A DNA stretch of 64,000 nt. It comes from an uncultured delta proteobacterium. GTDB taxonomy: Bacteria; Myxococcota; Myxococcia; Myxococcales; Anaeromyxobacteraceae. The notes beneath the pieces were generated by a model. The model was given only the letters and a program-made list of their open reading frames with translations. It did no database searches and was not told where the DNA came from. Positions within the stretch are counted from its first letter, which is position 1. Every line of letters starts with the position of its first letter. The stretch spans positions 79,752 through 143,751 of the forward strand of contig CAWJSR010000015.1 in assembly GCA_963845515.1 (NCBI GenBank). Direction: 5' to 3'. Shown here piece by piece: positions 55,001 through 64,000 of the stretch. A program made the position numbers and the translations under genes.

Positions 55001-57555
55001 GGACCGGGCGCGAGGCGCTGGGCGTCGAGGAGTCGCTCGACGAGGTCGCAGCGCAGGTGGAGACAGCGCGGCGCGGCGTCGCGCAGCTCCCGCGAGCGCT
55101 CGCCGCGCTCCACGACGAGGTGCTCCGGTCGGACCGGTGCGCCGAGCGCGTCGCCACAGCGGCGGCCGTCCTCCCGCCCGCCCGGGCGCTGAGGGCGACG
55201 CTCGGGGAGTTCGCGGCCGCATTCGAGGCGGAGCCGCTCGATCGGCTGGGCGACGCGCTGCGGGCGATCGAGGGGGCGCTCCCGCGACTCGGCGGCGCGC
55301 TGGAGGTCCTCGGCCTCCTCGCGAGGCTGCCGGCGCAGCTCGCCACCGCGTTCCGGACGCTACCGCTCACGCCGCGGCAGCTGGAGGCGGCGCTCGTTTC
55401 GCGGTGCGTGGATGAGCAGCTCCAGTCGGATCGGCTCCTCAACCGCTTCGACGGCGCAGTGCGGGATCGACACCTCGCCCAGCTCGCGCGCCTCTCTGCC
55501 CTCTGGCAGGAGGCCAACGCAGGGACCGTCCTCGAGCAGGCCCGCGAGGCGTTCCTCGAGAAGGTGCGGATCACCTCCCTTCCCGCCGCGGAGCTCTCGC
55601 GCGAACAGAAGGAGTTCAAGGCCGCGTACTCCCGCGGGCGGCGCGAGCTGGAGCACGAGTTCGGCAAGGTGATGCGCCACAAGTCGATCCGCGACCTGGT
55701 CGCGGGCGACTCCGGCCCGGTCGTCCTCGACCTCAAGCCGGTCTGGCTGATGAGCCCGCTCGAGCGTCTCCGACACGCTGCCGCTGCGACGCCGACGCAC
55801 TTCGACGTCGTCATCTTCGACGAGGCGAGCCAGATCACGCTGGAGGAGGCGGTGCCCTCCCTCTTCCGGGCGCCGCAGGCGATCGTCGTGGGCGACGAGA
55901 TGCAGCTGCCGCCGACCGACTTCTTCTCGCGCCGCGCCGACGAGCGAGGACGAGGAGGGGCTGCCGCGTCGAGGAGGACGAGCAGGTCTTCGAGTACGAC
56001 CTCTCCGCAACAGCTTCCTGAACCACGCCGCGCAAGAACCTGCCGTCCCGGATGCTCGGCTGGCACTACCGCAGCCGATCGGAGTCGCTGATCAGCTTCT
56101 CCAACTGGGCGTTCTACCAGGGCCGGCTGCTGACGGTGCCCGAGAGCGCGATCGCCGGCGCCGAGGCTGGCGCGGAGATCGTCGCGCGGACCACGGCGGA
56201 CGGAGACGCCAACGTCGGCGAAGCTCCTCGGCCGTCCACTCAGCTTCCACTTCGTGGAAGGCGGCATCTACGACAACCGGCGCAACCGCGCGGAGGCCGC
56301 CTACATCGCCCAGCTGGTTCGGGGGCTGCTCGCGGATCCGAAGCGGCCGACGCATCGGCATCGTCGCCTTCTCGGAGGCGCAGCAGGGGGAGATCGAGAG
56401 CGCGCTGGCGGCGCTCGCCGCGGAGGACGAGGGCTTCGCCGAGCGGCTCGACGCGGAGTACGAGCGCGAGGAGGACGGCCAGTTCGTCGGGCTGCTCGTC
56501 AAGAACCTCGAGAACATCCAGGGCGACGAGCGGGACGTCGTGATCCTGAGCGTCTGCTACGGCCGCGGCCCCGACGGGAAGATGCGGATGAACTTCGGCC
56601 CGATCAACCAGAGCGGCGGCGAGAAGCGGCTCAACGTCGCCTTCTCCCGGGCGAAGCACCACATGGCCATCGTCGCCTCCATCCGGCACTCGGACATCAC
56701 CAACGACTACAACGACGGGGCCAACTGCCTGAAGAGCTACCTCCGCTACGCCGAGTGCGCCTCCGCGGGCGACGCGGCAGGGGCCCGGCGCGTCCTGCGG
56801 GAGCTCGCGGTCTGGCGGGACGCTCGAGGGAGCCGGACGTCGAGCCTCACCGGCACGTGATGTCCCGACAGCTCGCCGAGGCGCTGGTCGCCCGGGGCTA
56901 CGCCGTGGAGGAGGGCGTCGGCATGTCCCACTTCCGCTGCGATCTGGCCGTGCGCCGGCACGGCGACGCTCGCCACCGGCTCGGCCTCCTGATCGACTCG
57001 GAAGCGCACTACCGGCAGGAGGACCTCCTCGAGCGGGACCTGATGCGCCCCTCGCTCCTGCGAGCGTTCGACTGGCAGGTCGCGCTGCTCCTATCCGCCG
57101 ACTGGTATCGCGATCGCGAGGCGGTGCTCGAGCGGATCGTCCGGCTCGTGGAGGGCGGCGAGCAGCCCGTCGACACCGATGCCCCGGAGGAAGGCGAGGA
57201 TCCGTGGGCCGAGCTGGACGCCTCGGCGACCGCCACCACGGTCCCGGCGGAGACAATGGCGGAACGGGGAGTCCCCTCGCTGCCAGCCGCCGGGGCCCCG
57301 GCAGACTCCGACGCAGGCGCCGGGGTGGGCGTCGCTCGCCGTCTCGAGTTCGTCGGTGGCGGCTCCAGGAAGTTCTGGGAGGTCCGGGTGGAGGCGAGCG
57401 CCGTGATCGTCCGCTTCGGCCGGATCGGCACCGAGGGGCAGCGCCAGCAGAAGCTATACGCGGACTCGGCCGCCGCCGCGCGCGCCGCGGCGAGGCTCCT
57501 GCGCGAGAAGCTCGCGAAGGGGTACGTCGAGCGGCCGGGGGGCTCCGGCGACTGA
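51997..57555 (+). CDS. Large protein: kinase-like N-terminus, DUF4011, SF1 (DNA2/Upf1-like) helicase, REase-like domain, C-terminal WGR (frameshifts 55760-56840)
   Basis: TDVFSLG; LFELSRRNRLLHF; QGPPGTGKSQT, DEASQ, GDEMQLPP, HYRS, QGDERD, RLNVAFSRAK; FRCDLAV; KFWEV..FGRIG..KLAKGY. Confidence 0.82.
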
Positions 57556-57559
57556 GGTC
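57528..57559 (+). repeat. 32-bp direct repeat, copy 1
   Basis: cgagcggccggggggctccggcgactgaggtc, identical at 58180-58211. Confidence 0.9.
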
Positions 57560-57669
57560 GTGGAACCGACGAAGCGGCGCCCGGTCCAGCCACCTTGCCT
57601 TCCCGGAGGGCGTGGACAGGAAGGTCCTGACGCGCCAGCGACCGTCTTCTTGCGTCACGCGACGGCTCT

Positions 57670-57812
57670 GGACGGCCACGCAGAAGAGCGGCGGCGAGAG
57701 GCGCGGAGACCGCAGGCGGCTTCGCCTGCCCGGGGGTTTGAACCCCGGTGAGACCTTGCGGTCCGTACCATGTAGTCCCCGCTGCATCCGCCGCTCATCT
57801 CCGCGGCCGTCC
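57670..57812 (-). ncRNA. Y RNA-like element Y5
   Basis: GCGGCGGATGCAGCGGGGACTACA...GTCTCCGC..CCGCCGC scaffold with compensatory changes; GGTTCAAACCC T-arm flanked by two hairpins. Confidence 0.75.
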
Positions 57813-57825
57813 TGCTACCGAAGAT

Positions 57826-57982
57826 CGTGGGACCGACGAAGCGCCGGCGAGGGTTGCCGAGACGTTCCTGCTCTGCCAGCTGAGCTACGCGGGGGCAGAC
57901 GTCCCCACGGCAGGACTCGAACCTGCGACCCGGCACGTGTGAGTGTAGTCCCGGCTGCATCCGGCGCTTCGTCCGTTCCACG
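57826..57982 (-). ncRNA. YrlA-like Y RNA Y4 (paralog of Y2)
   Basis: ~22-bp terminal stem, GCAGGTTCGAGTCCTGC, CGTGGGG/CCCCGCG stem, TAGCTCAGCTGGCAGAGCA. Confidence 0.85.
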
Positions 57983-57991
57983 AGAGTCCCT

Positions 57992-58179
57992 TCAAAGCCT
58001 CACCTCCTCGATCGCCTTCGCCCAGTGGTCGGCGTGGTCCCCTCCGCGTCGGAACGCGGCAAGGAGGTCGAACACCTGGTCGGAGAACCCGCCGACGTTC
58101 AGCACGTCGTCGCGGTCCGCGGCCTGCGTGGTCCCGTAGGGCTGCAGGTCGATGCAGACCAGCTTCGCCTTCGGGTTCC
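57992..58179 (-). pseudogene. 3' fragment of a second Ro60/TROVE gene
   Basis: NPKAKLVCIDLQPYGTTQA...VGGFSDQVF...IEEVRL, homologous to 43005-43200. Confidence 0.85.
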
Positions 58180-58211
58180 CGAGCGGCCGGGGGGCTCCGG
58201 CGACTGAGGTC
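58180..58211 (+). repeat. 32-bp direct repeat, copy 2
   Basis: Identical to 57528-57559; sits exactly where the TROVE fragment is cut. Confidence 0.9.
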
Positions 58212-58341
58212 ACGGGCGAAGAAGCCAGCCACGGGGAAGCCGACTGCAGTGCCCACGAAGGCCACAGACTTCAGCGTGAGGTTCGGCCGGGTCCCACTCC
58301 GGCCAAGCCCGCCATGATGCGACGAGGCATGTCGTGGCTGT

Positions 58342-59133
58342 TCAGCTAAGGCTGTTGAAGCCTCGCCGCCTCAGCTCCACCAGCCACGCCTCGATCTCGT
58401 CGACGTTGGGTGGCTCCTCGGGGAGCACCGAGCGGGACAGGGCGGCATCGAGCACGTCGAAGGCGTGGCCCACCTCCCCCCGCCAGCGCTCCGCGACCTC
58501 GGGCGCTAGCTCCGACCGCTCCCCGCGCCGCTTCGCTTCCACGAGCTCACGCGCTGCCGCGAAGCCGTGCTCGTCGAGCAGGAGCGTGACGTCCGTCTCG
58601 ATCTGGCCAGTGAGGAGCGCGTGCGTGCCGGTCAGCGTCGTCCGGAGCACGTAGAGGAGCTTCTTCGCGGAGCGGAAGCCGTCCTTCTCCCACTCGCGGA
58701 GCTGGCCCGTGGCGAAGCCGCGGTAGTGGCGGTGGAGCCGCCGCGAGAGGCTGCGGGCGACCAGTTCGCGCAGCGCTGCATGCTCCGGCGACGTTCGGAG
58801 GACGAACCGGGACAGCACCCGCTCGAGGAAGTTGCCGTTCCCCTGGAGGATGCCGACGAGGACCGGTTGGACCTCGTTCGAGGAGTAGTCGATCTCCACA
58901 CCGTCGATCACCTCGATCCGGTCCGGCGCGTTGGTTGGCGGAGGCGATAGGCCAAGGAGCCGTTCCGTCGGGGCGATGTGGATCGCCTTCAGGTCGAGGT
59001 CGGAGTCCGGGGAGGGGAAGCCGTAGGCGTGACCGCCGGAGAGGGCGACGACGAGATGGCGCCGGGCGGCCGACTCCTCGTCGAGCGCCCGCTCGGCGAC
59101 GGCCCGCTGCCTGGGATCGAGGACGTCCGTCAC
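58342..59133 (-). CDS. RlaP/YcgL-like nucleotidyltransferase 2 (intact)
   Basis: LSGGHAYGFPSPDSDLDLKAIH, GNGNFLE, KKLLYVLR. Confidence 0.85.
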   Translation of the reverse strand: MTDVLDPRQRAVAERALDEESAARRHLVVALSGGHAYGFPSPDSDLDLKAIHIAPTERLLGLSPPPTNAPDRIEVIDGVEIDYSSNEVQPVLVGILQGNGNFLERVLSRFVLRTSPEHAALRELVARSLSRRLHRHYRGFATGQLREWEKDGFRSAKKLLYVLRTTLTGTHALLTGQIETDVTLLLDEHGFAAARELVEAKRRGERSELAPEVAERWRGEVGHAFDVLDAALSRSVLPEEPPNVDEIEAWLVELRRRGFNSLS

Positions 59134-60204
59134 GTGGACACCTCGCGCAGCTCAGGGGGTGGCGTCGCGTCGGCGCCGAACGGACCAGGCGTGCGCTCGA
59201 CCCATCGCCGGGCGACCTCCTCCCCGACCTTGCGCAGGAGCGCGTCGGCGCGGGCGAGGTCGGGACGCTTCGGAAGCGTGGAGGCGTCTCGCGCGGCCTC
59301 GAGCGCCGGAACGAGCCGCTCCGCCTCCGCGAGCACCGAGTCGAGATCGACGGCGCCCTTCTTGATCACGAGAAGGCGGTCGCGGACGGCCCCCTTCATC
59401 TCGAGCTCCGGACGCCCGGTCCGAAGCCATCCCCTGGCGACGTGGATGAGCCGCAGGAGGTTGTAGGCGTTCTTTGGCCGGAGCTCGCGAGCCGGCTCGG
59501 GCTGCTTCCCGCCGCCCCGCGCGTATCGGACCAAGGCGCCGAAGTCGTTCGCGTCTAGCAGCCCCTGATCAAAGAGGGAGCGGTAGAGCTGCTTCACGTA
59601 CTCCCTCGCCGCGAGGAGGCCGTCCGCCGGAGTGGGCGCTGGGCGGGGCGAGATCGCCGCGAGCCGCGCGGCGACCGCGTCGAGCCCGGGGGGTGAATCC
59701 TCCTTGAGCCAGTCGAGGACGAGCCCCCGGTGTTCCGCGAGGCGCGCCGACCGCGAGAGCTTCCCGAGCTGGCTGACCGCATACCGGCCGAAGCTCCCGA
59801 ACAAGTCCACCGACACGAACGCGTCGCGGGCCTCGAGCAGCCACTCACCGATCGGATCGGTAGGGCGAACCGTCTGGACGAAGAGGAGCTCTAGGGTGTT
59901 CGGCGGCCTCGAGGACGACGCACGGCCGGAGGGCGTCCCAGTCTGCGGCACGCTGCTCCGCGAATCTCACCTGTCCTGGGCGACGCGGCAGGAGCTCCTC
60001 GCGCGCGTACCGGACGACGCCGACGCCGGTGACCTGGACGTCGAAGCCGTCGTCGCGGATTGCGACGACTCGCCCGACGACCCCCTGCGGGATGCGGCGG
60101 TCCCCGAGCGTCCGCTCGACGCGGGTCGTCACCTCGGTGCCGTGCGGCAGCGGCACGGCCAGCGGGTCGATTGGCGCGAGCCCTTCTGGGTGAAGGGGAT
60201 CCAC
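59130..60204 (-). pseudogene. RlaP-like nucleotidyltransferase 1, copy with ~185-bp deletion
   Basis: Aligns to 45139-46399 but lacks about 45913-46097, including GS..DTD. Confidence 0.88.
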
Positions 60205-60218
60205 TCGGCGAGATTAGC

Positions 60219-60234
60219 AGCAGGCGGCGTGCCG
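60219..60234 (-). promoter_or_regulatory. Possible sigma-54 promoter for the nucleotidyltransferase pair
   Basis: CGGCACGCCGCCTGCT, 14/16 match to the other two promoters, ~15 bp before the GTG. Confidence 0.55.
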
Positions 60235-60312
60235 GCCCTCCGGAACTCCGCCGCTCTCGATTGTCACGTCCCGATGTGGCAGCGGTCATCGGGCCAGGAA
60301 TGAGCTCCGGCT

Positions 60313-61137
60313 TCAGGGAAGTCTAGCCAGCTCGAAGCGCATTCCATCCCTGCGGGAGAAATGACCTCCCCAGTAGAAGCCGTGCTCGTTGGCGATCTCC
60401 ACCAACTCGACGACGGATTCCCGACTGCCTGACCGGGCGGGCGGAGCGCCCAGTGGATTATCCGGGGCGTTGAAGTCCACCGCAGTGCCGTGCGCGTGGG
60501 CTCAGCACAGAGCGGCTGCGCCGTACGAACCGGCGCATACGAGCCGTCGTAGCGTGCAGCAGTCTGCTCACGAGGTTTGCGCGACCCCATTCGCGGAAGA
60601 GCGCGCGAAGCGGCGCGGCACCCAGTCGATGGAATAGGACGCGTCCCGACGACGGCCGCTCGCCGGCGGGGATACCTCTCAGCTCGGGATGTCGACGACC
60701 ACGAGGTTCCGCGCCGCCCAGTCACCGAGGACTTCGATCCGCTCCGGGTTATCGGCGGTAGGCGCCGGCCGGTAGTCGAACGCGCCGAAGAGTCTCGCTC
60801 GACCCTCGGGCCCGAGTGGCTTGAAGGTGGGCGCCGGGGGTAGTACCCGTTCGAACGGCCCGGGCCCAGTCGACGGGGCTGGGGCCGTTTCCTTCTCGGA
60901 GGAGAAGGTCCAGGGGGAGGCCGCGCGCCGGGTCGCTGGCCCGACGACGCCGTCGCGTACCAGCCCTCGGTTGCCCTGGAAGCGCTCGGTCGCTTCGCGC
61001 GTCAGCTTGCCGAAGACTCTGTCTGCCGGATTCCTGCAACAGGCGGGAGGAGGCCAGGAACCCCTGCCACTCCGTGACGTCCGGTCCTCTACACCCGTAT
61101 TCAGAACACGCACGTGCCTCCGACCCGCGCGCGTCAT
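60313..61137 (-). pseudogene. Degraded peptidoglycan-binding + M15 peptidase
   Basis: FGKLTREATERFQ..DGVVGPAT; AHAHGTAVDFNA; GFYWGGHF..DGMRFE in shifting frames. Confidence 0.6.
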
Positions 61138-62930
61138 GCAAGGCGTGCTGCGGCCTCCGGCGGATCGATCTCGCTTCGGACGAAGCTGCCGCCCGGCGCA
61201 TGGGCCACGTGGAGCCGAACGCGGATGGAGTCCTTCGCGTCCGGCCGCGCAAACCGGAAGAGGCGGCCCGTGGCGCCCGACTTGCGCCCGAAGGCCCGCC
61301 GCAGGAACCTCGCGAGCCGGCTCGCGAGTCCGGGCCTGCGCGCTTCTTCAGAACGAAGCTCACGGTCATGTCCTGCACGACGAGGTCGGACAGCCCCATC
61401 GCGGCGTCGCCAAGCCACTCGCCTTCCGCGCCGTGGAGGTCCGCTGCATGTCGATCCACGCGATGCGCTCGATGCCGCTGAGGTTGCATTTGCCAGACCA
61501 CCTGGCGCAGGATCGCTTCCGTGGCTTCGGCGAACGTCGTGTCCGCCGATCTGGATGAGGTCGGGCAGCACCGCCCGAGTCGTTTCCACGGAATCTCTAT
61601 GTCGTCGCGGGAAGACCGCGCCAGAGGACCGCCAAGAGCCGCCGCAGACCATCGGGCATCTCGGCCTCGCTCGCGCGCACCGTGATGTCGAGGGAGCCGC
61701 TTCGATTGATCGTGTTCTGGTCGCTGCTCGTGGATGCGATCGAACGATGGAGGGATGCCTTCACCCAGGCTGATGGCCGCCGCCAGCGCCACGTCGAAGC
61801 CGCCCTCCTTCTTCATGTCCTCCTTGCTGACCGTTGACTGGCTCACCTCGTACTTGAAGTTGACGGTCAGCGAGTCGATGCGGAGATGGCAATTACGGAC
61901 CATCGCGAGAAGGGGGCCTTGATCTCGTGGTCGGGCTTCCGCCCGCGCCCGCCGCTCCTCCTCCTGGCAGCTGTGCAGCTCTCCGTCGAGAGATTGACCG
62001 TGATGGGCGTCCTGGTCGTCGGGTCGATGAAAGGCGTTCATGAAGGCCTGGGTGGCCTGGGCAGCCACGTATCGCGCCTTCACCGCCTCGCTGGTCAGCG
62101 GGTGGCGACGAGCGAACTCGAGCGGAAGGGCCTGGAATTCCGCGGCGGGTTGAAGAAGTCGGATTTGGTATCACGCGACCTCCCCTCGCGGCAGCGCCGC
62201 GGGTCACGGGTTCTCGCCACTGCCGGCGCCGGTCGAACCCTTCGACGGAGCGACGACAGTGGAGTTTGGCCGAAGGCGCAGTCAGGAGCTTCTTGAGGGC
62301 CACTGGAGTCGGGGCCGCGCCCACCCGCACCTGGATGTCGATGCTGCTCTGCTGCCTGTTCTCGGGCATCTGCGTCGTCGCTGCTCGCCCGTGGAGCAAG
62401 GACGCCGCGCACGCTGATTCCGGCCATTGACGAGGTACCAGGGCGGAGGCTTCGCCGCCGCATCCCGCTCCTCTTGCGCATCTGACGTGGTCGCCACGGT
62501 GCCAGTACGTCATCCGCAGGGAGAACTGCGCCTCCTGCACGAAGCGGGGTGATTGGAACGAGGGCGAGGATGGGCATTTCCCGCCAGCTGCTGGGCGATC
62601 CTTGGCAGGCGCCAGGTATGCCCGTTGTCGGCGCGAGCGACCTGGACGAACATGTCCCCAGGCTCGTTGGCGACCAGGTCCTCCGAAGGAAGCGGCGGCG
62701 TCTTCCGGCCGCCACCGTTTCCGTTGCGAGGAGGGTAGGAGAGCTGCAGGTATCATCCGTTCACGAACGAGCGTGCGGCGTGAACCTGCGCCTTGAAGAT
62801 CGCGTTGAGCGGCGCCAACAGGATCTGCGACAGCGAGATGACCGTGGAGGCCGCCGGCCCGGGCTTGAACTCGTCCCCGGCGTAGCTTCTCCTCGCTTCC
62901 GGCTGGCCGGTGTATTCGCCATACACCCCC
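61134..62930 (-). pseudogene. Degraded cluster including DUF2589-like genes
   Basis: LSQILLAPLNAIFKAQ, PILALVPITPL, LLAMV..LRIDSLTVNF fragments with many breaks. Confidence 0.45.
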
Positions 62931-63039
62931 CGCTGCGCGCGATTCACCGAGCGCGCCCGTGCAACTATGACCCCCCGTGAACGGCGGTCGCGAGGCCACG
63001 TGGGGTACCCCGATGGAGGCAGGGCATCGGGGCTCGGCC

Positions 63040-63342
63040 GCATTCACTGCCGGTTGGGCTGAGCCCACCACCTGGGCGGCACGTGGTCTCTACGGCCGGC
63101 TGCTGCGCGCGGGGGTCGAAGTCTGGGAGGTACCAGCTCGCTATGCTGCACGCGAAGGTGACGATTGCGGACGACACCGTCGTCGCCGGCTCGGCGAACC
63201 TCGACAGGCGGAGCGGATCGAGCTTGGCGCCTGGCGCGCGCGACCCTTCCTCCAGAAGGTGAAGGAGCGCATCGGCTTTTGGCTGCTCGCGCGGGCATAC
63301 CTGTTCCTCTCGCGCCTGGAGATCATGCGAAAGCAGCTCTAG
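63040..63342 (+). pseudogene. Phospholipase D/cardiolipin synthase C-terminal fragment
   Basis: LLRAGVEVWE, MLHAKVTIADD..AGSANLDRRS (HKD). Confidence 0.65.
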
Positions 63343-63379
63343 ACCCTCTTTTCGAGGGGCGCGCCTTCCCGGTCGCGGA

Positions 63380-63854
63380 TCAACCTCGGCGAGCCGCTTC
63401 GATGGCAGCGATGTCGATCTCTTCGTCTATCTGCATCATCGCTTCGAAGGCGCGCCTCGCGGCCGCCGCATTGGGGTCGGCGATCGCGGCGGTCAACGCG
63501 CGCGGCGTGATCTGCCAGCTCCACTTGTCCTTGCACCAGCCGCAGGCGCTAGCCTGACCGCCATTCCCGATCATGGCGTTCCGACAGTCGGTCGGTCTCG
63601 GCCTGATCCCGGACTCGCCACGCCTGGAAGGAGAAGGCCTCGCTGTGCCTGAACGCCGGCAGGACGTCAAGCCCGAGCAGCATGTAATGCCCATCACGGT
63701 GAACTCCACCGTCAGCACGTCGCCCTCCTTGCCCAGGGTAGTCGGTGTGTAGATGTCCCCCACTTCGCTGTCGGGGAACGTGGCGGCATAGAACCGCGCG
63801 GCCTCGAGAGCGCTGCCGTCGTACCAGAGCGCAGATTGGGTCTTGGCTGGTCAC
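63380..63854 (-). pseudogene. PhnB/VOC-family protein remnant
   Basis: LWYDG.ALEAARFY, VLTVEFT, SEAFSFQ, CGWCKDKW, SWQITPR, RRAFEAMMQ, IDIAAIEAA. Confidence 0.7.
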
Positions 63855-64000
63855 CCGAATGCCCCTTTCGCCGCCGACGTGCAGCGACAAACGGCTGCGT
63901 GCCGATTATCGGTCGGCCCGACGTACCGTGCGCCGACATCGGCGGCGCCCCGGCGCGCCGGTCGCCAATGGGGGCCCCACGATGTGGGCCACTCGTCGGG

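Noticed and set aside
50608..56091. Single 1827-aa protease-helicase ORF
   Set aside because: A frameshift near 51660 creates the read-through; the protease C-terminus is in another frame and ends at an ATGA overlap at 51997-52000

Overview
High-GC bacterial DNA; gene content suggests an Anaeromyxobacter-like Myxococcota genome (inference). Bases 1-33 kb are mostly housekeeping: bioD/bioA, a YgiQ radical SAM enzyme, a rhomboid, tatBC, an MCP, PBP1A, RluA, etfAB, iorAB with two paaK genes, SulP and a hybrid kinase. Bases 33.3-60.2 kb form an accessory region that looks like an old ~14 kb tandem duplication of an RNA-repair island. Its order is ABC transporter, rtcA, rtcB, rtcR, Y-RNA array, Ro60/TROVE, two RlaP-type nucleotidyltransferases. 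The two copies have decayed reciprocally and carry different cargo. Main signals: (i) five Y-RNA-like ncRNAs with a conserved scaffold and variable, circularly permuted tRNA-like domains; (ii) identical sigma-54 promoters with a TATC-N6-GATA palindrome at conserved spacing, a putative RtcR regulon; (iii) a coupled pair of an M48-like protease and a kinase-like/DUF4011/SF1 helicase/nuclease/WGR protein, a candidate defence system; (iv) a secreted UPF0489-like/NlpC-P60/CapA fusion. Many genes carry single-base frameshifts that are probably assembly errors. Bases 60.3-64 kb are gene remnants. All family assignments come from reading motifs; no database search was run.
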